A stretch of 63,983 bases of DNA from Octopus bimaculoides (taxonomy: Eukaryota), in assembly GCF_001194135.2 (NCBI RefSeq), contig NC_068982.1:10699798-10763780 (forward strand). The letters run 5' to 3'. Made by a program: the position numbers and the translations under genes. Shown here one piece after another: positions 12,711 through 25,575 of this stretch (its first letter is position 1; each line of letters opens with the position of its first letter). The notes under the pieces were generated by a model that was not told where the DNA came from, searched no databases, and was given only the letters and a program-made list of their open reading frames with translations.

Positions 12711-13118
12711 GATGAAGGAAATTTTCTCTATGTTGCCTGTGTGTTTTCTGTACCTTGTTTATCATTTTTCCATGTTTTTTTGCAACGTCATGTACCCAGA
12801 TATGCATCTATATATACCTGCAGATGAAGGTATGTACATACATGTAAATATATATGCATATACTCATATTATATATATANNNNNNNNNNNNNNNNNNNNN
12901 NNNNNNNNNNNNNNNNNNNNNNNNNNNNNNNNNNNNNNNNNNNNNNNNNNNNNNNNNNNNNNNNNNNNNNNNNNNNNNNNNNNNNNNNNNNNNNNNNNNN
13001 NNNNNNNNNNNNNNNNNNNNNNNNNNNNNNNNNNNNNNNNNNNNNNNNNNNNNNNNNNNNNNNNNNNNNNNNNNNNNNNNNNNNNNNNNNNNNNNNNNNN
13101 NNNNNNNNNNNNNNNNNN

Positions 13119-13154
<36 letters not shown>

Positions 13155-13310
13155 CATCGGTTTCCGTCTATCAAATCCACTCACAAGGCTTTGTTCGGCC
13201 CAAGGCTATATAGCAGAAGACACTTGCCCAAGTTGCCACGCAGTGGAACTGAACCCGGAACCATGATGTTGGTAGGCAAGCTACTTACCACACACCCACA
13301 CATGCGCCTA
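13155..13310 (-). mobile_element. SINE family B head and core
   Basis: TTTCCGTCTATCAAATCCACTCACAAGGC...GCAGTGGAACTGAACCCGGAACC...CTACTTACCACAC. Confidence 0.85.
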
Positions 13311-13511
13311 AATATGTATATCCTGCTGAAGATGGAAACGCCTTTGGGCAAATCTAGAAATTAACTAATCCATGGCTATCTATTTTATTAGTAATTTCAG
13401 TTGGCTTGTTGCATCGAATTCATTACATATGTTTGTGACTTTTTTAGTGGTTGGACGATTTAGCATCAGTTTCTCAGCATATAGACTAGAAAAGTTTTAT
13501 AAGGCCTTATC

Positions 13512-13619
<108 letters not shown>

Positions 13620-13620
<1 letters not shown>

Positions 13621-13775
13621 GTTGAAATTTACAGAAAAACAAAAGACAAACGAAGACAGGTGTATAAGCAACAAACAGGTGTATTAGTTTAACGCTCGGG
13701 AAGGTGAGAAAGTCTTTTACGTTTCGAGCCTACGCTCTTCAACTGAAAGGAACACGAGGAAATACACAGAGAGAA
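13620..13775. repeat. Interspersed repeat (reverse copy at about 27740-27865) with a hammerhead-like relic on the minus strand
   Basis: GAAATTTACAGAAAAACAAAAGAC..CAGGTGTATTAG..CGCTCGGGAAGG mirrors TTACCTTCCCGAGCGTCAAGCTAATACACCTG at 27776. Confidence 0.65.
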
Positions 13776-13803
13776 TAAAAAAAGCTTTTGGCGCTGGCAG
13801 GCA

Positions 13804-13860
13804 ATGTATGTATGCATGTATGTATGTATGTAAATTATGTATGTATGTAAATTATGTATG

Positions 13861-13905
<45 letters not shown>

Positions 13906-13945
13906 GTATGTGTGTATGTATGTATGTATGCAGTATGTATGCATG

Positions 13946-13977
<32 letters not shown>

Positions 13978-14035
13978 TGTATGTATGTATGCAGTATGTA
14001 TGCATGTATATGTATGTATGTATGTATGTATATAA
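13804..14035. repeat. (TATG)n-derived complex microsatellite with higher-order duplication
   Basis: The GCAGTATGTATGCATGTATATG block occurs twice about 60 bp apart. Confidence 0.9.
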
Positions 14036-14689
14036 AATATGTACAGGCATACATAAAATTACATGAAATTGTATTCAAACACAAAATATGAGTAAATGGA
14101 CCTACATACTTACAGAAACAAGAAATTTGTTGAAAAACTTGTATGAATTCCACAAGAGAAATATGTTCTGTTATTACTACATATTCACGCATAGAAATAA
14201 AATAGAATTTTGTTCTTTACTTTAAAAAATAACATGAAAATACTTATTGCTACAAAACGTTAATGTAAAAAGTATTTGTTCAAATTTATTGTTCGAAAAC
14301 ATTTACTGATTATTTAATGAGGAAGGTATTTTTTTTTATATTTAAGCAAATAATCATTATATTTTGATACCAGAATTTTTATTTGTGTAAATATATTTTG
14401 AAGTTTTTAGTTTCTTGTAGTTTAATCTCATTTTTTAATAACTTGCTATTTACTACATATATTTCTGTTGCTTTGTACGAGCTTAAAAGTTATTCATATG
14501 TTTCACCTTCGTGAGTTTTTCCTGAAGTTAAAATATCGAAAATTAGTTAAAATTTTATGGACTTCATTTTGAAGTTTCATAAGTATGCCGACAGTGACGT
14601 TGAATGATTTCATTTGAGATTAAAGAAAGAGGGTTGGGAAGATTGAGAAAGCAGATGAGTAGAACCGATATATTGTCTAATTGCAAATC

Positions 14690-15075
14690 GAATTCTGCTG
14701 AGGTAGACATTGCCTTTCATCGCTTAATCCGTTGACGATATAAGTACCAGCTGAGTACTAGGACCAATGCAATTGACATTAGCTCTCTCCCGAAGTTGCT
14801 CACCTTGCGACAAAATTTGTAACCAATACTTAACATAGTAATTTGGGTAGCTGAAGATCATATTCTTTTCTACTCTAAGCACAAAGCCGAAAATTTGATG
14901 GGAGGGAGCCAGTCGATTAGATAGAACCCAATACGCAAATGGTACTTAAATTATCGACCCCGAAAGGCTGAAAGCAAAGTCGATCTCGGCGGAATTTGCA
15001 CTCAGGACGTGAAGACAGCCGAAATATTGCTAAACATTTCACCTGGTTTGCTAACGGTTCTGCCAGCTCGGTGTC
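14690..15075. mobile_element. Two SINE family A copies tail-to-tail (plus 14690-14830, degenerate; minus 14865-15075)
   Basis: GACATTGCCTTTCATC on plus; TTATCGACCCCGAAAGG..AAAGTCGATCTCGGCGGAATT..GCCAGCTCG on minus. Confidence 0.75.
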
Positions 15076-15977
15076 TTAGCTGAAGATGGTTGCAGTAGTT
15101 AAGATATCATATACTCTATAAGATTATGGTCCGCGTTTTTTAACTGGTTGAAATCGGTTTTTACTCTTATTAATCCTAGACTTGTAATCCTTGTATTTGC
15201 TGTTATTCTGCTTTATGCATGTGTAAGTACTTGATGAAGAATGTACACTAGTATTCATCTAAATACCATAATTTACATGGATTAGCTCAAAAATCATTTT
15301 CCCGGTTTCCATTATTGTTATGTAACAAAATATTTTAAATATGCTTGTTACTACTACGATTGATAAAATCGTAATTGTCGTTTATAATTTTCTAATAAGT
15401 GTTATACAGCAATGATATTAACCATATTTGGAAGAGCTGAACAATAGTTTTGGGCTGAATTTGTGTTGTGACAAGAAATTTTCGGAGGCCATAATACTCT
15501 AAGGTATAGTTACAATATAGGCCATACTAAGTTTCTAAGTACAGTGAGTGATTTTCAGAGAAACACTTCGATAATGTGTAGAAAGTAGAGATGAAATTTG
15601 TAGTCGTAGTATCAGTAAGAAGAGAAGCAAAATGAACAGTTTAAACTAAGCATGAACAATCCTCAGTTTGCAGACAAAATTCTCTATTTCACAGCCTTCT
15701 AATGTAATTCGTACGTCATAAAACTTCGCGAAAATACCAAAGAAGGATTAATGTTCGAAGGCTAAAATGGATATTTTGTCTTAAGATTTACTTTTTAATA
15801 TTCCACTTGTTGATATGTATATGCTGTGTTTCCTTCTCAACTAGTTTGGCCAATTAAATAATATCACTATATTACGCTATCGATATCTTACTTGTATTTC
15901 TTCTTTCTTCTATATCCATATATTATACTATCAAAATTACAGTAATTCAAATTTATCCCATATCAAAGTTATTTCAT

Positions 15978-16022
<45 letters not shown>

Positions 16023-16064
16023 TGCATATAAATATGTATATATGTATTAAGAGAAAGGTGCTAC

Positions 16065-16256
16065 TCAGGATTTGGATAAAAATTATTTATCTAACACTTT
16101 CGTCCCTTTAAGGGATTCTTTATGAATACTATTTGTTTTAGAAAATTCCTACTTCTTATTTTAAAAGGAATGAATTTCCCTTAAGAATTAATTCACAATG
16201 AATTCCTAAAAGGGACGAATGCGCGAAATAGATAGTTTTTTAAAATCCAAATCCTG
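16065..16256. mobile_element. Small fold-back, MITE-like element
   Basis: TCAGGATTTGGAT / ATCCAAATCCTGA and internal TTCGTCCCTTTA / TAAAGGGACGAA inverted repeats. Confidence 0.65.
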
Positions 16257-16332
16257 ACTGCCTCGCTTTTCCTTTATTTATAAAACCTGTATACAATATC
16301 CATGTATGTATGTATGTATGTATGTTTGTATA

Positions 16333-16365
<33 letters not shown>

Positions 16366-16411
16366 ACACACACACTCACATACATACATTCACACACACA
16401 CACACACGCAC

Positions 16412-16449
<38 letters not shown>

Positions 16450-16827
16450 TCACACATATATGCATTTATATTTATCTTTGCTTAATTTATTCAAATTTAT
16501 TTATTGCTAACTTTCTAAGAAAAGTGTACATTAACGAATACAATTCATTGAAAGTGTTTGTAAGTATTAAAAATAGAATAAAACAAGTTTATTTCGTGTT
16601 GTAAAATATGTTTGTGTTTTTCTGTAAACATTAGCAAGAATATATTATAAGAAAACACTTTTATGAATGTACATCGTACATCATGTTGATTANNNNNNNN
16701 NNNNNNNNNNNNNNNNNNNNNNNNNNNNNNNNNNNNNNNNNNNNNNNNNNNNNNNNNNNNNNNNNNNNNNNNNNNNNNNNNNNNNNNNNNNNNNNNNNNN
16801 NNNNNNNNNNNNNNNNNNNNNNNNNNN

Positions 16828-16873
<46 letters not shown>

Positions 16874-16877
16874 CTTT

Positions 16878-17172
16878 CAGTGGCGGACTGGATCTGAAAA
16901 TATTGGTTGCCAGGAGAATAAGGGAGCCCACCTGCAACTACAAGGGGTACAATGCTATCATTTATTATTTTTTGTTAAAAGTATTCTTTTCAACTGTCTA
17001 CACACACAGCCAGGCTGAAATAGTTAATTCATTTTTCCAGAAGTGAAAAAAAATTCTCAAACCTGAGGGATTGGGCCCCTTAGATACTAACATGGGCCAC
17101 AATTTATGGATTCTAATGGCACGGAAGCCCACTTGCCATCGGGCAAGCTGGCAACCTGGCCAGTTGGCCTCT
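16878..17172. mobile_element. Possible hAT-type MITE
   Basis: CAGTGGCGGACTGG left end with a degenerate complement CCAGTTGGCCTCTA; GC-rich subterminal GGGCCC motifs. Confidence 0.4.
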
Positions 17173-17427
17173 ACTTACTTTATATAATAATGAAATAACT
17201 TTGATATGGGATAAATTTGAATTACTGCAATTTTGATAGTATAATATATGGATATAGAAGAAAGAAGAAATACAAGTAAGATATCGATAGCGTAATATAG
17301 TGATATTATTTAATTGGCCAAACTAGTTGAGAAGGAAACACAGCATATACATATCAACAAGTGGAATATTAAAAAGTAAATCTTAAGACAAAATATCCAT
17401 TTTAGCCTTCGAACATTAATCCTTCTT

Positions 17428-17666
17428 TGGTTTAATCGCTCCTCATCTAACTCAACTGGACGGCCAGAACGAGGTGCATCTTTGATGTTAAAATTCCCAT
17501 TTTAGAACTTGGCATACCGATCACGAGAGATTCTTTCAGCTATGGCACCTTCTCCATACACAACACAAATGTCGCGAGCAGCTTTTGCGGCCTTAGAACC
17601 TTGATTAAAAGCAAAAAGAAGGTGTCGAAAGTGCTCGTTTTTCTTAACTTGACATTCCATTTTCAT
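17428..17666 (-). mobile_element. Mariner transposase N-terminal (HTH) relic, truncated, with an in-frame stop
   Basis: MKMECQVKKNEHFRHLLFAFNQGSKAAKAARDICVLYGEGAIAERISRDRYAKF*NGNFNIKDAPRSGRPVELDEERLNQ; the FRH.L.F.F and D.PRSGRP motifs are diagnostic. Confidence 0.92.
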
Positions 17667-18074
17667 GCTCTGAAAATAAACTAAACTTAACTAGAAAAAA
17701 AAAAACCCAAAATAGATTCCAAAATGATTCAAAAATGAATTCTCGGAAAACAAATAGATTCCAAAATTTAAAAACACAATAAATTCCAAAATTAAAAAAA
17801 AACAGCGGGAACTTAGTTGCCAACTCAATATATACACATATATCCGTTCAGTTTAGTTTGAGCAAAAGTCTCAAAATGCGCTCGTAAAAGCTCCTACACC
17901 TCTAGATATCGGCTACCCCCTGTTAATTCCATCTCTCAGTATAATCCAATGGCGGGGGTAAACACGTGGAACCCCTTTCAGCTGAAAATAAATGTAAGAA
18001 TAACAATAAGATGCGGAAGGAAATTCATAGGCATTATATGTTGTGATGCATTAATAAAGAATATGAAAATCTAT

Positions 18075-18245
18075 CCGACTTAGTGAAGGCGAAGGTATTG
18101 TTTTCAGTCGTGTTTGTTTGTTTGTTTGTTCGTGGACAAGATATCTCAAGAACCACTGGATGGATTCGGATAAAACTTTCAGAGATGTCTGACCTCGTGA
18201 CGGGCACGAACTGATTACATTTTGGGATAGATCCAAAAACCATTC
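18075..18245 (+). mobile_element. Non-autonomous Helitron/Helentron-associated (DINE/HINE-like) element fragment
   Basis: GAAGGCGAAGGTATTGTTTTCAGTCG(TGTT)n..GATATCTCAAGAACCACTGGATGGATT..AAACTTTC layout resembles HINE-type elements. Confidence 0.5.
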
Positions 18246-21244
18246 CACTCAAATATACAAACCCAAGGGATATTATATATTGCCAAGATTGATTGTAATG
18301 TATTGCAATCCGAAGATGGCTTTACTGGCCGATAAGCAAACAAAGAATATCAAGAATATACAGTTATATCATTGCGAAATATGATCCATATCATTAATGT
18401 ATTACTTTTAATTGAACCAGTCACCTCTGCGCTACTTTTTGAGTAGCAATGTACAGGTACTTATATTAATTAATTCTGAAATACCGTAGATGCAGATTGT
18501 AGTTTATTTGTAGAAGCAAACGTGAAACTTGGTCGTTATGTTTAGAGTATTTCAATACGAAAACGAATGATATTTATTACACACAAATTAAACTGCGTCT
18601 GTCAACATTTGTTTCTAAAATCTATTTAATACGACTTAATTTGTGTAATTAAAAATGTCGAAAAAACAATACGTAAATGTATTGGTAAATAAGCACAAAA
18701 CAATAAATAAAATAACAGCAAATAGCAATAACACAAGAGAAGCATCATATATTTCTTCTGGAAATATTTTCCTGCATTTGCAAATAGGTTCATATCGCTT
18801 TGTTCGTTATACATAATTAATTAGTGAGGCAGTCAATTATTTAAAATGTGAAGTGTGGTTTTGTTTATAATTCTTTAATTTTCAAACTGATACACTGTTT
18901 TTCTTTACGAAATTTTCACATATATAACTTTTTTTTATATTTTATATTTTCAAGTAAAGAAAGCATGATACGAGTAAAGAAGGCATCATTTTTCGGTATT
19001 TAATATTTGCCATTGTAAATTGTAATATCCAATATGTTTCGCAGTTTTCAACTATATGTCCCAAAGTAGCCTGCATATGTAATGTGCCATAACTTGATTT
19101 GGTAACCGAATTCAATCTTAGACTAACCGAAATTTAACATCTAGCGTGACGAGCCATTTAGAATAACAATTGTTTCATTTCAATAACCATCATTATTGCA
19201 GATGACGAATGCAGCTAATTACGCTGGATACGAAATCAGATATATTCATGAAGAGATTATATAATATTTTGTTTCAACTGGAAATCTGGAAATGTGCATA
19301 ACTATTATGTTATCGATGAAGACGTGACATATTTTTATTTGATTCTTTGTAATTGTCTTTGTGCATGGCTATATCAATATGTTTATGTATCTGCGTTTAT
19401 ATGTGTGTTGATGTGAATGTGTGAGTCTGTTCTGAGTGTCTGTGCCTCAATTTGAATAATTCTATATAGATTTATGGACTACCATATATAGTACAGGGAA
19501 CATTATTAACTGAATGAAAACCAAAAATAAAATTATATAATATATACAAATGCTCCTCCAAATTACGAGCTTGTATATCAGTGAGTTGGTATTCAACGTG
19601 TCGTTTTGTATGCATGTTATACACTTATAAATAAATAAAGAACAAGTGATATGCATTGCAGATGTTTTTTTCATGTATGTTAATATTTTAAAAGGGGAAA
19701 ATAGTGGCGGCTGTAATATGCTACCAACAACACATTTGTATTTCTATCATGTATAAAACATTTTCAAATGACAGAACAGTAACTTTGAGAACCCACAAGC
19801 ACTACACATATATTACTATTATACAAGTAATGTACTTGATCTACCTTCCACATTATCAGTCCTCCAAGATTAGTGACAAAAGCAATGAAGAGAAAATAAG
19901 CGCATTTTAAGCCATTTGTAGCTTCTTACACACCGATTATTTGCACAAGAAAATCAATCAAAACAAACAGAAAAACCATCGGTATATACAATAAGCGGGT
20001 TTATTGCCGCACCTAACTCTACACTATACAATCCCTTCCACTTCGTATCTGGTCAATTCTTAACAATCAGAAATATCTCCACTCCTCTAAAGTAATGGAC
20101 AAAAATCATATTTAAAACAGTTAAATCAACCAAACAGGGAAATATACACACAAACATACATTAGCATTAGTGATCGCCTTAGCCCTATAAAGTATTCAAG
20201 ATCGCCACAACTGAAGATAAAGAAAAACGGAAGCTACCACGCCTGGAGTCACACATTCTATTTATACACTTAAAAACGAACTGCAGAAGTGCTCGAGCTG
20301 TCTCATTGTGTTCCGTGCAAAGAAACCTTTTTAATTCGAATATGTTGTGTGTTCCCCAGCCAAGACATGGTGAATTTGTATTGTTGGATCTATTAATCAC
20401 ACAGCCTACTTGTCATATCCTTGCTCGGTAAAGCCAATCGTAACTACACAATATGAGCACATATGTGTAGAAATGTAGATTCTAAGCCAATGTTCATCTC
20501 ATGTTCACATTAGAATGAGAAAGCATATATAGTTTTGCGCATTATGTGCGATAATTAAGAATTTAAGAATTTTTACAATACAAATTGTTATAACATCTTG
20601 ATTTATATCATTGTCGTGCATTCCTTCGTATCTTACATTTAGCACTGTGCAAACAGCAACGGATATAAGGCTCATCATTATATACTTCACGACATTTAAT
20701 TAAAGAATTATTGTGTAATTTCATTAGCGAATGTCAAACTTATTAATAAAATGTTGTTTAGAAAAGCTAAAAGTTGCATAATCATTTCTAGGTAGCTTAA
20801 TCGTTTACAATTCTGAGACACCATAAAACTATATACTGAATAACAGGAAAATACAGAATATGCCTGAAATTATTGAAATTGCGTTGATACTCTTTTCATT
20901 CATAAACTGTTAAACATTTATTGATATTGCATGCGTATTATTTAGTATAGATACGACAGGAAAATGTTTGTGGCAATGATAACTATAATCTAGATTCGTT
21001 TGAGGATTGAATTGGTTATTTTCCGATGTTTTAGTATATGTTTTATTATTGTTAATTAGTTTCGTATAAATTTCGTTAGAATAAAATAACTACTAATATA
21101 AGTTCAAACGTATATGGCGTGAAATAAATAAATGTATTACTTTGGTAGAGTTGTTTCCACGAGTGAATTGCTGATTTGTTCCAACGCTTTTCGAAGTATT
21201 CATTGTATGATTTCAACTTTGCTTAATTACATTGCAATATTTTA

Positions 21245-21590
21245 CTTAGCAGAAAAATTTCAAAAGTGACCAATAAATCATACTTGCATCACATAACAAC
21301 AATACGGTACAATTATTTCACCTCAGTTGGCTCCGCTCTCTTTAATATTACACCAAAACATATTATAGCAGAAACAGACCCGATAAAGTTCAAGACGCCT
21401 TTGAACAAATTCCTTCAAGAAATCCCGCATAAATCTCCTACACCCGGATATTTCTCCGTAAACTATAACTCTCTACTCGACTGGGCCATGTTGTCCGATT
21501 CCTGATTTGAATGACTTCGCCAAGTGGTGCTATTAAGTTAGACATGGCCTGGGCCAATGCCGGCCGAAATCCATCAAAATATCAAAATAT
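21245..21590 (+). mobile_element. CR1/Jockey-group LINE 3' end
   Basis: TIRYNYFTSVGSALFNITPK....DPIKFK..LNKFLQEIP..P.TPGY...N.NSLLDW C-terminal signature followed by a short UTR. Confidence 0.75.
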
Positions 21591-22952
21591 AATAGGGACG
21601 AATTTAAAACTGTGGTTACTAAAAAAGAAACTTTTATCACTTTTTATATTATATAATAACTAACTTACTTTAGAGTATTTTACAATAAAAATTAGCAAAC
21701 GTAAAATAACAGACTTGAAATGCATTAACAATGTTAAGCAATTGGCTAGTAAAGAAAGTGTTTTTTATGTTCTACATTTTGTGAGGGAAACAAACTTGTT
21801 TATATTAGATTGATGTATATTATATTAACTCATAAAATATTAACTGTCTGCATGTTCTTCCTAAAACTCTTATAAATAGCAAAAATATTACAATTTACTG
21901 GAAAAAGACGCCCCTGCTCACATTTTCCAGACATTTGTATCCCAATATATCAATAGTCAGTAATTTTGTGAAAAATCAAATTGTATTAGACTAAACATAA
22001 TTCAGTTGTGCAAATGTTATTATATCATCAATAAACCGTTTTGAAGTAGCTTTCGTTTCGATGGCTAATGATTTGTCAGTTGTGTTGCAAGTGTGTATTC
22101 CCACAGCAAAATTGATTAATAGCGGTAACCTCTTTTAGGTTGCATATAATATCTAATTTTGTTGAATTTTAGTAACCTGGGAACTTTTAAGTAATGTTTT
22201 AGCTAATCATTCTTCACTACTCTATTTTGTTCTTTTCTTTTATCCTGCCTTCTAACTTCTTTTCTCTTTTACTTTAATACACAATGATTGCTTTTATTTG
22301 ATATTTCATTATTAACAAAATTAGCTCATTGTAACTTCAATACATTTATTTGTCGTCATGGAATTGCAAGACTATAAAAAAGGTAGTATTGTTTAATACC
22401 GTTTCGTTCGTTATATTTTGTACATCAATACAGGTCGCGAAGATAACATAAGAGATTGAATACATATTCCTAGCAATTTTTTTCGTTTAAGAATTACATA
22501 TTTTTATACCTTCAAATTCATCCACAACAACGAAGCTCTCTTTAGAAAAATCACAGGCATTAAGTCATCACTCACTACCATCAGAGAAGCAATAATCTCA
22601 GTTTAACATACAACATGTTTAGAGGAATTAGAATATCATTAACAAATTTATTTCCGTTTGCTATTTTATTTTTGTAATAATGTTGTCAGAACCATAACCT
22701 TAGAATTGATTTAAGCATTATTTTTATTGGCTTCTAGTGACTTCTATTTATCTTAACTCTTAAATATTCCTTTGGTATTATTGTGTAAATATTTCGTTTC
22801 TGTACAATAATCTTCGTTTTACTTTTTAACAATACGATAATAAAACAGTCTGATTTATTATAAAATGAAATTCTACCAAACACTTTTGCATATTATCATA
22901 AAACAGCATTACTTCAAACAATGGAATTTGTATTTCTAATATTCTTGAGCAG

Positions 22953-23119
22953 CTGCTATTGGCATATTTCGAAATGCCAATACTGAAATGTTGTCTCCTG
23001 TCAATAGAAAAAGCATTAATTTGAAAAATGTTGAACTTGTTCTTCTCAAACAACGAAGCGATGAAGATAGCTGCTTAATTTCTATCATGAAATTATGGAC
23101 CACGAACGTTCACATATAC
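22953..23119 (+). CDS. Candidate internal exon, unknown product (AAIGIFRNANTEMLSPVNRKSINLKNVELVLLKQRSDEDSCLISIMKLWTTNVHIY)
   Basis: CAG acceptor, 55 open codons with purine-first bias, weak GTAATA donor; no recognisable homology. Confidence 0.25.
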
Positions 23120-23582
23120 GTAATACAATAATATAAAACAACTTACAAATAGTTCGATTTCGTATTATAACCGAGCGGGGTAGGTCGTATTATCCTTCTT
23201 TTGAATTGCCAGATATCGACTATTTCTATAATCCCCTAAGCTATATTTTATTCTGCCTTCGAGAGTCAGATGAGCATAATATATAATGATTCTAAGTTTG
23301 AAATTAGCTGAATCAGCATCCCAGTCTCCACTGACACATTTAGAACTGAGAATTGCTTCATTCCTGAAACAACACATGGAAGGCAATATCGATAATAAAA
23401 CTTCAATTTATCCTACCTCTGATTCAAATGTGCCCAGCGTATCAAATGAATCAGCTGAGAAATAAAATGCAGCTATTGTTAACAACCGTAAAAAAAAATA
23501 AAATAGAACGTGGGTAAGAAAATTAGAAATGGCCAATATTTTAGAGATATATTTTTTCTGCATTTTATGATGCATTTTATAG

Positions 23583-23647
23583 TGAACAGAAATGCTTATT
23601 ACTCAGTCGGAATTATTCAACTTTTACTATAGAATTCAATTTTCCAG
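23583..23647 (+). CDS. Candidate exon (EQKCLLLSRNYSTFTIEFNFP)
   Basis: TTTTATAG acceptor, AG|GTGAGA donor, single open phase (2 to 1). Confidence 0.25.
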
Positions 23648-23971
23648 GTGAGATGGTCTGGAAAATGTTTAAAAGTTCCAGTTTGACAAAAATCAAAATG
23701 CAGTTGTTTCGAAACATTCTACAAATACATTACAGATGGCGTTTATTACGGTTATATCGGAATTTAGTGCGAATAAACGGAGAGGAGATATTTCATGCAT
23801 CTCGACTTTGTTTTTCTAACACATTTTGATACTTGAGCATTATTCTACCCTTCCTTAAAACTACTCTGAAAGAATTTTCTGTAGAAAGGAACTTACAATG
23901 CTAGCGATAAATATTGGATACGTATTTCTTTCATTAATTTATGGCAATCTTAATCTCTCTATTTTCAAAAG

Positions 23972-24033
23972 AAGCACAAAGGTGGTTCGCTCCCTACGTG
24001 GTCAATGAGTGTGGTCGAAATGGCAGCGATCAC
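23972..24033 (+). CDS. Candidate exon (EAQRWFAPYVVNECGRNGSDH)
   Basis: Locally GC-rich island, pyrimidine tract plus AAG acceptor, GTTAGT donor; phase matches the preceding candidate. Confidence 0.3.
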
Positions 24034-25424
24034 GTTAGTTTCAAATGTATTGTTTGTTTTTGTTGTTGTTGTTTTTTCAAGGTAATTATAATTAAATCAT
24101 GAAAAGGATGAGAAAAGAAAGTTGCTCCCATTTCCCCCCACATTAAATATCCATTTGATAGTAATATAAACAATCTGAAAGTTATTTATAGATAATGTCA
24201 TTAAAAAAGATATATCCATTTTACCGAAAGCTATGAGTACTCAAAATTCAGGCGTGTGAATTACCCAGAACTCCTCTCCCAAAACAATTCTTCACCACAA
24301 ATTCGTATATAACCGTAATCTACACCGTCTGAAAAGTATTTGTTCAACCTTTCACCATCTAAATAAACTATTTAGAGAGTTATGGGGGAAAATTTGAACG
24401 GGACACATTCCTGTAGTTATGCCCTAAATTTACTGAGCGAGTGAGCCTTGCTGAACGAATAAAGGATTCAAAGGAAAATTGGACGTAACATAAGAAACAT
24501 AAGATAAATTAGACGTCAGGTGTGTAAATATCAGTCAGTAACGAACCAAAAGACCGGCAGGAGGGAGGGGTTTCTGCTAGTTTAATAAATATATATGGGA
24601 TATATCAATATAAAGTTAGAAGTATGTAAACAGATAGTCTTAAGTGGTTTCCTATATTTTATTTAGAAGCATAATTAATGTCTGAAAAAAAGGTATTATT
24701 TCGTATATAATCAATTCAATTGTGTTATGATAGAAGACGTGCATGTCACCAGTATTTTACTGACATATTCTTTCCGATTTAAGATTGTTTTCATATTGTG
24801 AGAGAAAAGGCACTTTTCTTTCCAGTGGCAAGTGAATAAAAATTATCGTTGGTATCTGAATAACTTTTTTTTTTTATTTCCCTTCTGTAAAATGAGCAGA
24901 TGAACCTAGGAAAAGTCGAGAACGAACTCAGACACTTTTGTATGTGATACTATACAAAATTATTTTTAGAGCTACAAATAATATAAATTTCACTTTTTTC
25001 GGTCATTGGACTGCGGCAGTGCTGTGACACTGCCTTGAAGGGTTTAGTAAAACAAATAGAGAAACACATATTTGTATAAATATATATGAAAGATTTTATC
25101 GTGAAATGCATATAAATCTTTAAAAAATAAAATGCAAATATCAGGTTGAAAAACCCTCCTTGGATAGAAAAAGGTGAAGGCTGACTGTGAATCTCGTACA
25201 ACATCACCTGTAGTAGATACGATAGGTGTTGTACCGTTGTGCCAAAGCAATCTTCCTATTTTCTTTATTCAGTCTTAGAATGCTATTCTTAACTGCGAGA
25301 ATTGTATGTTGTGGACGTCATAAGAATTTATAAACTTTCGGGAGAAAATGAAATAATTTCTCTTATATATCGATGCGGATATGCATATAAAGCGATAAAT
25401 AATGAGGTGTCAATGTATATATGG

Positions 25425-25575
25425 AGCTTCCACTCAGTATCCATCTACCAAATTCAGTCACATGGCATTGGTTGTTCCGGGGTACAAGAGTTCCCCAAGG
25501 CGCCACGATGTGGTATTGAACCCACAACCACGTGGCTGTGAGCTTCTCCATCATACAGCAATGCCTGTGCCTGTC
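25425..25575 (-). mobile_element. SINE family B head and core, degenerate
   Basis: TCCATCTACCAAATTC..CCCAAGGCGCCACG..ATTGAACCC..ACACAGC-like end. Confidence 0.65.

Larger units (their letters stand above)
15736..17431. repeat. 251-bp inverted duplication (15736-15986 and 17181-17431), one mismatch seen
   Basis: ACCAAAGAAGGATTAATGTTCG...TTATTTCATTATTATATA versus its reverse complement. Confidence 0.93.

Noticed and set aside
24110-24560. ACELPRTPLPKQFFTTNSYITVIY, superficially CUB-like
   Set aside because: The surrounding sequence looks like a decayed non-autonomous element and the frame stops immediately.
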